A stretch of DNA of 64,000 nucleotides from NCBI RefSeq assembly GCF_004010195.1, contig NC_057720.1, positions 10,025,248-10,089,247 of the forward strand, given 5' to 3'. Below are positions 1 through 13,592 of the stretch, piece after piece. This DNA is from Chiloscyllium plagiosum (lineage: Eukaryota). Made by a program: the position numbers and the translations under genes. The notes under the pieces were generated by a model. It searched no databases, was not told the origin of the DNA, and saw nothing but the letters and a program-made list of their open reading frames with translations. Numbering within the stretch: the first letter of the stretch is position 1; each line of letters starts with the position of its first letter.

Positions 1-645
1 ATATATCCTTGGTGGTGAGGTCTGTTTGGAGGTGGCGGAAATGACGAAGGATGATACGATGTATATGGAGGTTGGTGGGGTGGTAGGTGAGGACCAGTGG
101 GGTTCTGTCCTGGTGGCGATTGGAGGGGCGGGGTTCAAAGGTGGAGGAGCGGGAAGTGGAGGTGATGCAGTGGAGAGCATCGTCGACCACGTTTGAGGGG
201 AAATTGCGGTCTTTGAAGAAGGAGGCCATCTGGGTTGTTCGGTATTGGAATTGGTCCTCCTGGGAGCAGATGCGGTGGAGGTGAAGGAATTAGGAATATG
301 GGATGACGTTTTTACAGGGGGCAGGGTGGGTGGAGGTGTAATCTCGGTAGCTGTGGGAGTCGGTCGGTTTGTAGTGAATGTCCGTGTTGAGTCGGTCGCC
401 CGAGATAGAAATGGCGAGGTCTAGGAAGGGGAGGGAGGAGTCTGAGACTGTCCAGGTAAATTTGAGGTCAGGGTAGAGGGTGTTAGTAAAGTGGATAAAC
501 TGTTCAACCTCCTCGTGGGAGCACGAGGTAGCACTGATACAGTCATCGATGTAGCGGAGGAAAAGGTGGGGGGTGGTGCCAGTGTAGCTGTGGAAGGTGG
601 ACTGTTCAACATATCCGACGAAGAGGCAGGCATAGCTGGGGCTTT
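1..645 (-). mobile_element. Penelope-like retroelement reverse transcriptase fragment
   Basis: YACLFVGYVEQ...FLRYIDDC...HFTNTLYPDLKFT...LPFLDL...YKPTDSHSY: PLE-type RT core and thumb; degraded. Confidence 0.85.
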
Positions 646-1895
646 CTGAGTGGGAAATCATGTCTCAAAAACTTGATTAAGTTTTTTGAAGAAGCAACAA
701 AGAGGATTGATGAGGGCAGAATGGTGGACGTGATCTATATGGACTTCAGTAAGGCTTTTGACAAGGTTCCCCATGGGAGATTGATTAGCAAGGCTAGATC
801 TCATGGAATACAGGGAGAATTCACCATTTGGGTACAGAACTGGCTCAAAGGTAGAAGTCAGAAGGTGATGGTGGAGCGTTGTTTTTCAGACTGGAGGCCT
901 GTGACCAGGGGAGTGCCACAAGGATCGGTGCTGTGTCCACTTCTTTTCATCATTTATATAAATGATTTGGATATGAGAATAGGTAGTATAGTTAGTAAGT
1001 TTGCAGATGACACCAAAATTGGAGGTGTGGACAGCGAAGGAGGTTACCTCAGATTACAACAGGATCTTGATCAGATGGGCCAATGGGCTGAGAAATGGCA
1101 GATGGAGTTTAGTTCAGACAAATGCAAGGTACTGCATTTTGGGAAAGCAAATCTTAGCAGGACTTATACACTTAATGGTAAGGTCCTAGGGAGTGTTGCT
1201 GAACAAAGAGACCTTGGAGTGCAGGTTCATAGCTCCTTGAAAGTGGAGTGGCAGGTAGATAGGATAGTGAATGCTTTCCTTTATTGGTCAGAGTATTGAG
1301 TACAGGAGTTGGAAAGCCGTGTTATGGCTGTACAGGACATTGGTTAGGCCACTTTTGGAATATTGCATGCAATTCTGGTCTCCTTCCTATCAGAAAGATG
1401 TTGCGAAACTTAAAAGGGTTCTGAAAAGATTTACAAGGATGTTGCCAGGTTTGGAGGATTTGAGCTATAGGGAGAGGTTGAATAGGCTGGGGCTGTTTTC
1501 CCTGGAGCGTCGGAGGCTGAGGGGTGACCTTATAGACCTTTATAAAATCATTGGGGGCATGGATAGGGTAAATAGACAAAATATCTTCCGTGGCAGTCCA
1601 GAACAAGAGGGCATAGGTTTATGGTGAGAGGGGAAAGATATAGAAGAGACCTAAGGGACAACTTTTTCATGCAGAGGGTGGCACGGGTATGGAATGAGCT
1701 TCCAGAGGAAGTGGTGGAGGCTGGTACAATTGCAACATTTAAAAGGCATCTGGATGGGTATATGAATAGGAAGGGTTTGGAGGGATATAGGCCGGGTGCT
1801 GGCAGGTGGGACTGGTTTGGGTTGTGATATCTGGTCAGCATGGACAGGTTGGACTGAAGGATCTGTTTTCATGCTGTACATCTCTATGACTCTGA
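646..1895 (+). mobile_element. CR1-clade LINE, 5'-truncated ORF2 RT plus 3' tail
   Basis: [39 protein letters not shown]; frameshifted; ends in ctctatgactctgactcta. Confidence 0.92.
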
Positions 1896-2155
1896 CTCTA
1901 AGTGATCCCATAATCAGGTGATCAGATGAAAGCTCTGCAGTCACCAATTGCAGCAGACAATTAAAATGATAACCAAAGGTGGCAGCTGTCAATAACAGGC
2001 AGGATATCAGCGCAAAAGTCAAAGGAAAAATGCATTTGCAAATATTTTCAGCCAGAGGAGCAGAGTAGATGACCCACCTCTGCTGCTTGCTGTGATACAC
2101 CATCAAAGAAGGTAATACAGAAGATTAGTTATCTCTGATATAAAAGAATATTTAC

Positions 2156-2352
2156 CTGATGCCGAACATTTTCATGAGCTTTTTTCTTCAGTTTCAGAAG
2201 GGCTAATTTGCCTTTGGGCATTGTGGGTTCTGACAAATCTGTGTCACTCACGTTACTTTTCCTCATCAAATGACGAACTCTTCCAATCAATTGCTCCCCA
2301 GATTGCAGCTGCAATTCGACTTGCAATTTTTTGATCGCTGTTGGTGTGATAA
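2156..2352 (-). CDS. vtg: Vitellogenin exon (~22), end of lipovitellin heavy chain; gene continues beyond position 1
   Basis: 197 nt, tag/gtaaat; VITPTAIKKLQVELQLQSGEQLIGRV...KLALLKLKKKAHENVRHQ. The L.KLKK motif normally precedes phosvitin. Confidence 0.92.
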
Positions 2353-2529
2353 CTACAAATTTAAAATGAAAAAAAGCCTTTGTTAATGTGCGCGATACAT
2401 CTGTCCTAAACCAAAAACACAAAGGCCTGAACTGTCACATCCAATGTTCCTGCAGTTAACCCGTCACTTTTAACCCGTCACGGTTAAGAATGTTACTGTC
2501 TCACAATCATGAAAAAGTGCTATTATAAG

Positions 2530-2972
2530 GTTCATTTCCAGATGTTTTGTTATCTTACTAGGTAACATCTTCAGTGGACCTCATGCGGAGCAATGCTGAA
2601 AATTCCTGCTTTCTATTTATATGTTTGGGTTTCTTTGAGTTGGTGATGTCATTTCCGGTGGTGATGTTATTTCCTGTGGTGAAGTCACTTCCGGTTCCTT
2701 TTCTCAGAGGGTGGTAGATAGGGTCTAACTCAATGTGTTGATAGAATTCCAGTTGGAATACCATGCTTCTAGGAATTCTCGTGCATGTCTTTGTTTGGCT
2801 TGTCCTAGGATGGATGTATTGTCCCAGTTGAAGTGGTGCCCTTTCTCATCTGCATGTGAGGATACTAGTGAGAGAGGGTCATATCTTTTTATGGCTAGTT
2901 GGTGTTCATGTATCCTGGTGGCTAGTTTTCTGTCTGTTTGTCCAATGTAGTGTTTGTTACAGTTCTTGCACA
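2530..2972 (-). mobile_element. Penelope-like element 3' end: GIY-YIG endonuclease fragment plus terminal repeat with hammerhead remnant
   Basis: Minus-strand translation of 2970-2726 is CKNCNKHYIGQTDRKLATRIHEHQLAIKRYDPLSLVSSHADEKGHHFNWDNTSILGQAKQRHAREFLEAWYS; hammerhead-like motif at 2537-2578. Confidence 0.85.
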
Positions 2973-3704
2973 GTTGAAACCCAATAGATTAGGTTAGATT
3001 CCCTACAGTGTGGAAACAGGCCCTTCAGCCCAACAAGTCCACACTGATCCTCCGAAGTGTAACCCACCCCCCCCCCTCTGACGAATGCACCTATCACTAT
3101 GGGCAATTTAACATCACCAATTCACCTGACCTGCACATCTTTGGACTGTGGAAGGAAACTGGAGCAAACCCACGCAGACAGTCGCCCGAGTCAGGAATTG
3201 AACCTTGGACCCTACTACTGTGAGGCAGCAGTGCTAACCACTGAGCCACTGTGCCACCCCAGTGATATTTGGTGAATTTCTGCAGTGCATCTTGTAGATA
3301 GTACACACTGCTGCTATTGAGTGTCAGTGGTGGAGGAAGTGGATGCTTGTGGATGCAATGTCAATCAAGGAGCTGTTTTGTTCTGGATGGTGTCATGTTG
3401 CTTGAATGTTGTGGGAGATTGTGGGGTGTTGGTAGTGGTAGAATAGAGCAGCTCTGATGGGATGGGAAATCGACAGGTAATGAAGAGTGTCAACAGATAA
3501 GTATAAATGGTGTGCGTAGAGTGTCAGCAGGCTAAATAAAAAGTCTTTGCAGGTGATGAAAAGTGTCAGATGGTGTGAGTAACGTGTTAACAGCTGAATA
3601 GCTGAAGGGATGACCTATGAACTAATTAATTAACGCAAAGAGATAATTAAAAATAATCCCCCTGAGAAGAGTTGTTATTCTGTGCCTGTGTGCTTCCCTC
3701 CACT

Positions 3705-3742
3705 TCACCTGATGAAGGAGCAGTGCTCTGAAAGCTTGTGGT
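3705..3742 (+). ncRNA. Minimal type I hammerhead ribozyme motif
   Basis: UCAC-CUGAUGA-A-GGAGC(AGU)GCUCU-GAAA-GC-UU-GUGG: short stem I (UCAC/GUGG), stem II, palindromic AAGCUU stem III. Confidence 0.6.
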
Positions 3743-3789
3743 TTCAAGTAAACCTGTTGGACTATAACCTGGTGTTGAATGGTGAGTAA

Positions 3790-5250
3790 GCTATTTGGAG
3801 GGGATTCTGAGAGATAGGATTTACATGCAATTGGACAGGCAAGGACTGATCAGGGATCATCATCATTGCTTTGTGTGTGGGAAATCGTGTCTCACAAACT
3901 TGTTTGAGTTTTTTGAGGACATGATCAAGAAGATAGATGTTGTCTACATGGACTTTTGCCAGGCCGACGACAAGGTTCCACATGATAGACTAGTTAGTAA
4001 AACTGGATCACGTGGGATCCACAGAGAGTTGGCCAATTGGATACAAAATTGGCTTGATTGTAGGAGATAGAGGATGGTGGAGGTTTGTTCATTGGATTGG
4101 AGGCCTGTATTCCACAGGGATCACTGGGTTCACTATTGTTTGTCATTTATATAAATGATTTGGATGAGAAAGTAGCAAGCATGATCAATAAATTTGCAGA
4201 TGACACTACAATTGCTGGTATCGTGGACAATGAAGAAAGTTACCTCAGAGTACAACGGGATCTCGAGCAGATGGGCCAATGGGCAAAGAAGTGACAGATG
4301 GAATTTAATTTAGATAAATATGCATGTTGCATTTTGGTAAAATAAACAAGGGCAGGGCTTACAGAGTTAATATTAGGGCCCTGGGGAATGTTGGTGAACA
4401 GAGTGGCTCAAGGGGTTCAGGTACATAGTTCCATAAAGGTGACGTCACGGATAGACTGGGTGGTGAAGAAGGTGTATGGCACACTTGCTTTTATAAGTCA
4501 GAGCACTGAATGCAGGAGTTGGGATAACATGTTGCAGTTCGGAAGGATGTTATTAAACTGGGAACGGTGCAGAAAAGATTTACAAGAATGTTACCAGGAT
4601 TTGAGTTATTAGAAGAGGCTGGAAATGCTGGGACTGTTCTCCCTGGAGCTTTGGAGATTGAGAGGTGACCTCTGAGGGGTTTGTAAAATCATGAGGGGCT
4701 TAGATAAGATAAATAACAAAAGTCTTTTTCCCTCGGGTAGGGGAGTTCAAAACTAGAGGGCATAGATTTAAGGTGAGAGGGGAAAGATTTAAAAGGAACC
4801 TGAGGGATAACTTTTTCACATATATGTGGAATGCACTGCCAGAGGAAGTGATAGATGCAAGTACAGTTACAATGTTTAAAAGACAATTGGACAGGTACAT
4901 GGATAGGAAAAGGTTTGAGGGATATGGTCAGAAATCACACAACACCAGGTTATAGTCCAACAGGTTTATTTGAAATCACAAACTTTCAGAGCGCTGCCCT
5001 TTGTCACTTCAGAAAGGGGCAGCACTCCAAAGGGTTGTGATTTCAAATAAATCCGTTGGATCATAATCTGGTGTCATGTGACTTCTGACCTTGCCCACCC
5101 CAGTCCAACACCGGCATCTCCACATCATTGAGGGATTTGGGCCAAACACGTGCAAATGAGACTAGTTTAGTTTGGGAATCCTGGTCAGGATGGACGAGTT
5201 GGTCTGAAGGGTCTGTTTCCATGCTGTCTGATGCTGTGACTCTCTATGTA
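3790..5250 (+). mobile_element. Decayed CR1-clade LINE with a nested fold-back element (4928-5127)
   Basis: SCLTNLFEFFE, KFADDTT and ERFKRNLR remnants with stops and frameshifts. Confidence 0.85.
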
Positions 5251-6801
5251 AGCAGGCTTACAAAACAAGAGGATGTGGCATCATCACAGGGCAGCTACTT
5301 GGGTAATGACACCCAGAGTGGAACAGGAAGGATCAGAGAGTACAAACATAGAGAAACAGTAGGAAATAGGTTCAAAAGAAGAGAAAATGGTAAATGTATA
5401 AAATTAATGGCTTTTTGTTTGTTTTTGGTACAAAGTGAATGAATTAACTGCACAAATACAGGTTAATGGGTATAATCATATAACTATTAGGAGACATGGG
5501 AACTAAATATTTAGAGGAATGTGATATTTCAAAACAACAAGCAGAAAGAAAGAGTGATGGGGTAGCTTTATTAGTATGAGATAGTATAAATAAAATAGCA
5601 ATAAATGTTATTGGACCAGAAGATCAAGAATCCATTTGGGTGAAGGTAAAATATTAAGTGTAGAAAAAGTAATCGATCCTGGAGCATTGGAGGCTGAGGG
5701 GTGACCTTATAGAGGTTTATAAAACAGGAAGGGCATGGATAGGATAAATGGACAATGTCGTGAAACCTGGGGTGGAGGGATCCAAAACTGGAGGGCATAG
5801 GTTTAGGGTGAGAGGGAAAAAAATTAAAAGGGACCTAAGGGGCAACCTTTTCACGCAGAGGGTGGTGCGTGTATGGAATGAGCTGCCAGAGGAAGTGTGG
5901 AGGCTAGTACAATTGCAACATTTAAAAGACATATATGGTGGATACATGAATAAGAAGAGTTGAGAGAGATATGGGCTAAGTGCTGGCAAATGGGACTAGA
6001 TTAATTTAGGATATCTGGTCAGCATGGATGAGTTGGACCAAAGGGTCTGTTTCTGTGCTGCTCGTCTCTCTGACCTTATATATCCCAGTAATAAATAAGG
6101 ATTCCAAAAAAAATGAAAAGCCAACCATGGTTAACCAGGGATGATAAAAATGGCATCAAATTGAAAGAAAAAATGTGCACAATTTAGATTAGTAGAAAGC
6201 TAGAGGATCAGTATAGGGCTAGAAAGTTTCTTATATTGAGGTATCATTACTGTGCAATAGATTTACATCAAATTTGCCACTTGATAAACATCACAAGAAG
6301 CATGTTAACACGGCAGACGATGTTGCAGATGGACTGGAGCTGTTCAGCTTCACGCAGCTCTCAAGAGCTTCCATCCCCAAGAAAATTTCAGGACTTTGGA
6401 AAGTGAACTCTTAATGAGCTCCTTAATGTTGCAAATGCAGCCAAGACATCCGACTGTCCCAAGCTTGGGAATGGAGTCGCACATCTGGCACAGTGACATT
6501 GGCACCATTCTTATTGGTGACCTACTTCTGAAACAGTCCCATTCAGGGAACAACAATCCATCCCCAAGTGTCCATGCTTACTCAACATCGCAGAATTGTT
6601 AAGGCACTGTGCCTGCACTGGTTCTATCACCCAGTGCGAATCACCTGCCTTTTTCCCATCTCCCTGCAACCATTTTCATCCAAAGAGGAAGGAGATTGAG
6701 ACTGACACTGAACGTGACCTATGAAGGGCATTACAATGTCTTGACACAGTGAAAGGAGCTTTATAAATGCAAGTTTTGTTTCTTTTCATGAATGCCTTTA
6801 C

Positions 6802-7021
6802 CTGGTTTGACTGTGACTACAACTGATTTATCGCCAATGAGTCTGTACAATGGTGAGCTGCTGGTGAAGGCAGTGTTTTCAGCACTAGTCTTGTAACAAA
6901 CTTGAACTCCAAATGTGCTGAACTTAGCACAAGCCTGGCGGACTGTTGGGCTTGGGACATCAGGTTGATCTTCAGCAGAGCACACGGATCCTTGTGGTAT
7001 AGCTAGAGGCAAGACTTTCTC
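6802..7021 (-). CDS. vtg: Vitellogenin exon (~21)
   Basis: 220 nt, cag/gtaaag; EKVLPLAIPQGSVCSAEDQPDVPSPTVRQACAKFSTFGVQVCYKTSAENTAFTSSSPLYRLIGDKSVVVTVKP. Confidence 0.93.
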
Positions 7022-7108
7022 CTGCAGGGCAAGCACACATTAAAACTATTGAAGCACTCCACAACTGAAACCCCAAGGAGAAAACAACTAGAGGGTCTTT
7101 GTCGTTAC

Positions 7109-7253
7109 CATCACTCTCTCTTTATCTGCTGTTGAATTCTTTGCTAAATTCAATTCTCTGTTCATCATTCTGAACTCCCTGCTCGATAGCAGTGGAGTGA
7201 TTTTCGCGGAGGCTGGGTCTTCAATATTTCTCGAGAAGGCAAAAGCCCGTGAC
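7109..7253 (-). CDS. vtg: Vitellogenin exon (~20)
   Basis: 145 nt, tag/gtaacg; SRAFAFSRNIEDPASAKITPLLSSREFRMMNRELNLAKNSTADKERVM (RNIED...K.TP motif). Confidence 0.93.
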
Positions 7254-8281
7254 CTATGTAGACATTAAAACAGAAGCAGAGACCAATGGCATCATCAAGC
7301 TCACTTCATGTCAACTTCATCTGCTAGTCTCCTCTCTCCAACTAACCTCCATCAGAAGTTTCAGGGTACACAATCTCACAATATAGACATGAATACAAAA
7401 TCTAGGCTGGCATTCCTTTAAACATTGAGATCCAGACAATTTTTGTGACTTTTGATTTTCTTTTATTTCTGCTGCTCTTCTTTTGAGATTCTGGTTTTGT
7501 GACATTGTATGCTGCACTCATGTCTTTCTCTACTTGAGTATACACGTGACAATAAAATCCACTTTTAATTTTAAAATCTAATTCTAATTCTGTGCACTAC
7601 AGCGAGAGTGCTGCACTGTTGCAGGCACGCCCGCTCGATGGAATATTAAACATAACCCTCTCGAGTGAATACAAAAGATTCCTCTTATCCTAACCATTAC
7701 TTAAGCCTCATCTACACTGAACAACACTGAGACTGCATTGTTTTCAGGCAAAGCTGCATTGTCTGCAAATTAACTACTATGATTGTTAAAAAGTAAGAAT
7801 GATCATAGTTTAAAAAGATACTTACCTGGCTAGAAAGCACTTGATCTGTCTGGCAATGTGTCTTTCACTGACCTGGTGCTTTCAAAGGTGACTTTAACGC
7901 CATGAATTCAATTTTTATGCCTTTGATACCTCCAGGCTCACCTATCCTCCACATTTTCTATTGACCCCACACTAGTCAAAAACATTCACATGTAAAAATC
8001 CATTATATCACTCCTTATTATAATGTGAGCAGATCTTGTCTTGTTCATTAATTTTAGTGAATGAAGTAATATGCAAATAAGGGCAAATGAATGTCATCGA
8101 TCCAGAACTCTATTGAATGCCACTTCCAGATCTCTACCCTCCTGTTACTCTACATTACAAAACTGTCCATGCTTCGAAAATACTTCATCAGTACTAAACT
8201 GATTTGGATCACCCTGAGGTCACAAAATAGGCTCTACATATGCAAATTATTTTTCTCTCTATGTTCCTTTAGCCTTCCTGA

Positions 8282-8589
8282 TTAGATTAGATTAGATTAC
8301 TTAAAGTGTGGAAACAGGCCCAACAAGTCCACACCGACCCTCTGAAGAGCAACCCACCCAGACCCATTCCCCTACATTTACCCCTTCACCTAACTCTATG
8401 GGTAATTTAGCATGGCCAATTCACCTAACCTGCACATTTTTGGACTGTGGGAGGAAACCGGAGCAAATCCACACAGACACGGGGAGAATGTGCAAACTCC
8501 ACACAGATAGCTGCCTGAGGTGGGAATTGAACCCGGGTGTCTGGCGCTATAAGGCAGCAGTGCTAACCACTGTGCCACCGTGCCGCCCG
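8282..8589 (-). mobile_element. tRNA-derived SINE (HE1/V-SINE-like)
   Basis: Head GGGCGGCACGGTGGCACAGTGGTTAGCAC (A box), GGGTTCAATTCC (B box), (TAATC)n tail. At least 15 related copies in the window, e.g. about 2985-3260, 10440-10775, 18620-18910, 29780-29960, 32615-32985, 41478-41820, 44555-44825, 49550-49815, 51370-51640, 53345-53630, 59515-59835, 60700-61000. Confidence 0.85.
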
Positions 8590-8943
8590 TGATTGAGAAA
8601 TGTAAATAAAGTATAACAGTGAAGGGTGTACCCTGCATTAGGTTTCTATACTTAGTCGATTATGTGGACCTCTTGATCAATTGGAAGAAAAATGAGAACC
8701 TAATAAGGAGCAGGAGTAGGCCATTTGGCCCATTGAGCCTGCTCTGCCATTCCATAAGATCATGGCTGATTCTGCTTATGGACTCAGCTCCACTTACCCG
8801 CCCTCTCAACATAATCCTTAAATAATTTCATTTTGCGGCTCACTTCTGGTCCTGTAGATGCCAGCTTGCTGTAAATACAAATCATGATTGACCAGAAAAA
8901 GGAACATTAAAAGAATGTTTGAGTGGGTTAGGATTTCTGTTAC

Positions 8944-9129
8944 CTAGCAGAAAACAGCTCATCTTCCTGTTTCCATGGGGGTGTTTCAATTTTGATATTA
9001 CTCTTCCTTAAGTTTACTCTAGCAGTGAAGTTCACGGGGACAAAAGTGCTTGTTTTCAATTGTATTTCCACACCCGCCTGAACCAGAGGGGTGTTTATTC
9101 CCATGACGGCGATGACATCTTTGACCGAA
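8944..9129 (-). CDS. vtg: Vitellogenin exon (~19)
   Basis: 186 nt, cag/gtaaca; SVKDVIAVMGINTPLVQAGVEIQLKTSTFVPVNFTARVNLRKSNIKIETPPWKQEDELFSA-R. Confidence 0.95.
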
Positions 9130-9283
9130 CTGCAAAGAAACATCGTAAAAAAAGAAAAGTCTGAGAGGCAATACCTTCAGAAAGTCAAGATGAAAAGAGA
9201 TCTGCTTGACAGAAGTTCACAGATGAAAAAATGTTTGCCCCCTTCACCCTGGCAGTTCATTCATGACTGCGAGAAGCAAATAC

Positions 9284-9374
9284 CTTGGTCTGAGCTGAAC
9301 GTCTGCCTGAATAGTGGTGTTCAGGAACTGAACCATGGTAACGTTGGAAGGGATGGGATTGAACTTCACATTGG
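9284..9374 (-). CDS. vtg: Vitellogenin exon (~18)
   Basis: 91 nt, cag/gtattt; ANVKFNPIPSNVTMVQFLNTTIQADVQLRP-S; phases 1 and 2 fit. Confidence 0.92.
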
Positions 9375-10199
9375 CTGTTGGAAGAATTAATTTAGGAAAC
9401 ACAACAAGAAAAGTTAGCCAAACAAAATAAAGAACTGCAGATGCTGGAGAGCTGAAACAAAGACTGAAATTGCTGGAGAAACTCAGCAGCTCTGGCAGCA
9501 TCTGTGGGAAGAAAGCAGAGTCAATGTTTTGAGAACTTGAAGAGTAACTGGACTCAAAACATTAACCCTTTTTTCTTCCTGCGGCTGCTGCCTGACCTGC
9601 TGGGTGTTGCCTGCAACTTCTGTTTTTGTGTCATTTAAATGAATTGGGTTTGCCAACCTAAACTACAAATACCGGAATTCTAGAAAAAAGGATGGAAAAT
9701 ATTGGAAATACACAGTCAATGTTGGAATTGGAATAAAAGACTGGCTAAGATTTTGGGGAAGATGTGAGGAGGATAATAATCAACTCCTCTAGTTTGCCTT
9801 GTTCTGACTAATAGTGCCTCTATTAGTCAATAAAAGACAGCTCACGGCTAAAACCGACAAAAACACTGAGGGGCGTTTTCCAATAAGCTGGCTGAAATAT
9901 CTCATTTAACAACACGCTCAAGAGCAGAGTCAATGATTTTTCATCTGGTTACTATGAGACCTTGTACTGCACAAAATTCTTGTCCTGTAAGCTTAGATAA
10001 CAATGATCACTCAGAATAAGTGATGAAGCGTGGAGCATTTTGAAAAAGTTTATCTGATTCAACGGGATTGATAGAGGGAAACTGTTTCCAAAAGAGAGTG
10101 GTCTAATTAGAGTCATTCAGTGCAGAAACAGGCCCTTTGGCCCACCATATCTGTGCTGACCAAACAATCACTAAGCTACACTAATCTCATGTATCTATA

Positions 10200-10392
10200 A
10201 GGAGAAAGTGAGGGCTGCAGATGCTGGAGATCAGAGCTGAAAATCTGTTGCTGGAAAAGCGTAGCAGGACAGGCAGCATCCAAGGAACAGGAGAATCGAC
10301 GTTTCGGGCATAAGCCTGAAGAAGGGCTTATGCCCGAAACGTCGATTCTCCTGTTCCTTGGATGCTGCGCTTTTCCAGCAATACATTTTCAG
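10200..10392. mobile_element. Fold-back Penelope-derived element with 14-bp target-site duplication
   Basis: TSD CTCATGTATCTATA at 10186-10199 and 10393-10406; long internal inverted repeat centred near 10320. Confidence 0.8.
10316..10343 (+). ncRNA. Minimal hammerhead ribozyme core
   Basis: CUGAAGA-A-GGGC(UUAU)GCCC-GAAA-CG-UC. All core nucleotides present; the upstream stem I strand looks disrupted by the inversion junction. Confidence 0.6.
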
Positions 10393-13300
10393 CTCATGTA
10401 TCTATAGCCTACTATCTAATGTTGGACCACATTGAATCCAGACAGCGTGGAAACAGGCCATTCACCCATGTCTACACCAAGCCTCTGTAGAGTATCCAAC
10501 CCAAACACATCCTCTACCCTATCCCTGCAAGTTCCATGGCTAACACACCTAACCTACACATCCCTAGACACTATGGGCAACTTAGCACAGCCAATCCACC
10601 TAACCTGGACAGGTTAGGATTGTGGGGGAAAACCAGGACAAGAAAGCAGAGGAAACCCACACAGACAGGTGAGAACGTGCAAACTCCATACATACAGTTG
10701 CCTGAGGGAGGAATCGAACCCAGGTCCCTAGTGCTGTGAGGAAGCAGTGCTAACCACTGAGCTACTGTGCTGCCCTGGCATTTTAACATCCTTAAATGTT
10801 GCGCGAGTACCAGCCTCTACCACCCTCTCAGGCAGTGTGTTTGATATATCCTCTAGGTGAAAAAATGTTTTTCTCAGATCTCCTCCAAACCTCTCACTCC
10901 TCACCTTCAACTTATGCCCTCTGGTCTCAGACATGTTTGCCATGGAGAAAGGATTCTCACAATCTACCTGTCTATGATTCTTAATGTTAAATTGTTATGA
11001 AGGAAAATCAGTCGGCATCTTATATCAGAATCCCAGAATTTCTGTAACACTGATAAAGGCCATTTGGTCGGGACCATCATATCTTCCCCTGGCTATATCA
11101 CACAATAAGCAGCAGAAACTTGGAATCCTCTTTCCCAGAGGGCCATGAATGTTTGTGTACAATTGAAGCCCTGAAGTCTGAGATGGACAACCATTTGATA
11201 GTCAAAAGATTCCAAAACTGAAAGGGAAGGAAGACAAATAGAACTGAGGTACAAATCAGCAAGAATTTGGTGAATGTTGGAATAGTCTCAGTGGGAGGGC
11301 CAGGGATTTAAATGTGTCATCCTATTTCAACGTTTCTCAGAGGTGCAATGAAACTCGATATAAATGGAAGCTTACTTTTTAAAAAAATATTGACCTCTTT
11401 TTCCACCATCATTTACTCCCTTTTGGAGTGAATTGTCCCAGCACCGGGTGGGTATTGGAATGGAGCAGAAGCTGGGGAGGTTTACCAGTGGATGGTTGCT
11501 AGGCCAGTTGCTAAGCGGCTTGTCTTCTTGCTCCATGAAGCCATCATTCAACTTCCCATTACTAGTTAGTTTACAGGGTGCTGGCATTTAGTTGATGTTG
11601 TGTGAAGAGGGAGTGGGGTGAGGGTGGGTCGGGGTAGTGCTTTTGGAAACTGGACATCCCAGACAGATCGCAGAAATGACAGAAACCCCCTTGCCTCAAT
11701 ATTTCGCCTAAAGGACCTTCCCCTTGATTGATTGATTGATTTACCATTTCATGTACCTAAGTACAGTGAAAAGTTTTGTTTCTGAGCAGTACAGGTGGAT
11801 CATAGAAAGCAAGGCTGTACAGATCAGAAAGACTTAGACAGAGGCATTCAGGTTACATTGCACAGGGCGTGCACCAGGCAAGATCAGCGTTATAGCAGTA
11901 TTATTTGAGGCTAGAGAATCCATTCATCAGGCTAATAATGGCTGACAGAAGCTTTTCCTGAACCTGCTGGTGTGGTGTTCAGGTTTCTGTATCTTCTGCC
12001 TGACGGAAAGGTCTTAGGAGAGCATTACAGGGGATACAATGGGTCTTTGATGATGTTGACAGTCTTTTCTTGCCAGTGAGCCATGTAAATGGAGTCCTTC
12101 CCATTGAAACGTTTGATCACATCCTCCTACATTTAAATTTTTTACATTCCCTGCTCACAGGGCATGTGTGTAGAGATCTCCTTGCTGCCCCAATGGTGCC
12201 CAGCGGTCTGAGTGCGGGTGCTCAGACTTCACAGCATGCTTGTGACAGCTTCGTGAATCTGCAGGTCCATCTGCTTTAGGCTGTAGGTGGTCAACTGGGA
12301 GGCCAGCAGTAACTTTTTTTCTATCATTCACGGGATGCTGGGTCACTGTTTAGGCCAATATTTATTGCCCATCCTTGATTGTCCGGAGGGAAGTTAAGAG
12401 TCAATCACATTGCTGTAGGTTTGGCATCACATGTAGGCCATGAACCACCTGATGAAGGAGCAGCGCTCCGAATGATAGTGCTCCCAATTAAACCTGTTGG
12501 ACTATAATCTGGTGTCGTGTGATTTTTAACTACCTACATATAGGCCAGTCCAGGTAAGGATGGCACTGAAATGAAGGAGAGAGAGAGCAAGCTAACATTT
12601 TGAGTCTAGACAACTCTTCATCAGAGCGCTGATAAAGAATCAGTTAGACTTGAAATGTTAGCTTGGATTGTTTCCACGGATGTTGCCTGACCTGCTGTGA
12701 TTTCCAGTATTTTTTGATGTCATTACAGATTCCAGTCTCTGTAGTAAATTGCTCCTACAGGTAAGGATGGCAGCTTCCTTCCCTAGAGGATATTACTGAG
12801 CCATATGGGTTTTACTTGACAATTGACAATGGTTTTATCATCATTAGACTCTTAATTCCAGATTTGTTTTGGACTGAATTCAAATTCTACCTTCTGTCAT
12901 AGTGGGATGCGAACCTGAGTCCTCATAGCATTGGATCAATGGTGTAGTAATAGTGCCACTAAGCTATGACCTTCCTGAGCTGTTCCTACTGACAGCAAGT
13001 TTCCCCAAGGCCCCCCTCAGTCATAGAAACTTACAAACATACGAACGTCAAAACTCAGAACAGGTGTAGGCCATTTGGTTCCTCAAGCCTACTCTGCCAT
13101 TTAATTGGATCATGGCTGATCTCATCACAGCCTCAACTCCACTTTCCTGCCTACTCCCCAATACACTTTAACACATTACTCATTCACAATCTGTCTATCT
13201 ACTCCTTAAATTTATTCAATGTTCTGGCAATCCATTGCACAGTGAATTCCATAGAGTCATGACCTTTCGAAAGAAGCAGTTCCTTCTCATGTGTTTTAAA

Positions 13301-13592
13301 TTTGCCATCCCTTATCCTAAAACTATGACCTCTTATCCTAGGTTGCTGCATGTGAGGAAACATCCTCTCTACATCTAATTTGTCAATCCCCTTGCATGTC
13401 TTACATAACTCAAATAGATCTCCTCTCACCCTTCTAAACTCTAGCAAGTACAGGTGTAAACGATTCAATCTCTCCTTTTTAGACAACCTTTCATCTCCGG
13501 AATTAATCACCCCTGAATGACCTCCAGTGCAGGTATGTCCTTCCTTAAAGGGGCCAAAACTGTACTCAGTACTCCAGATACAAAGCCTTTAC

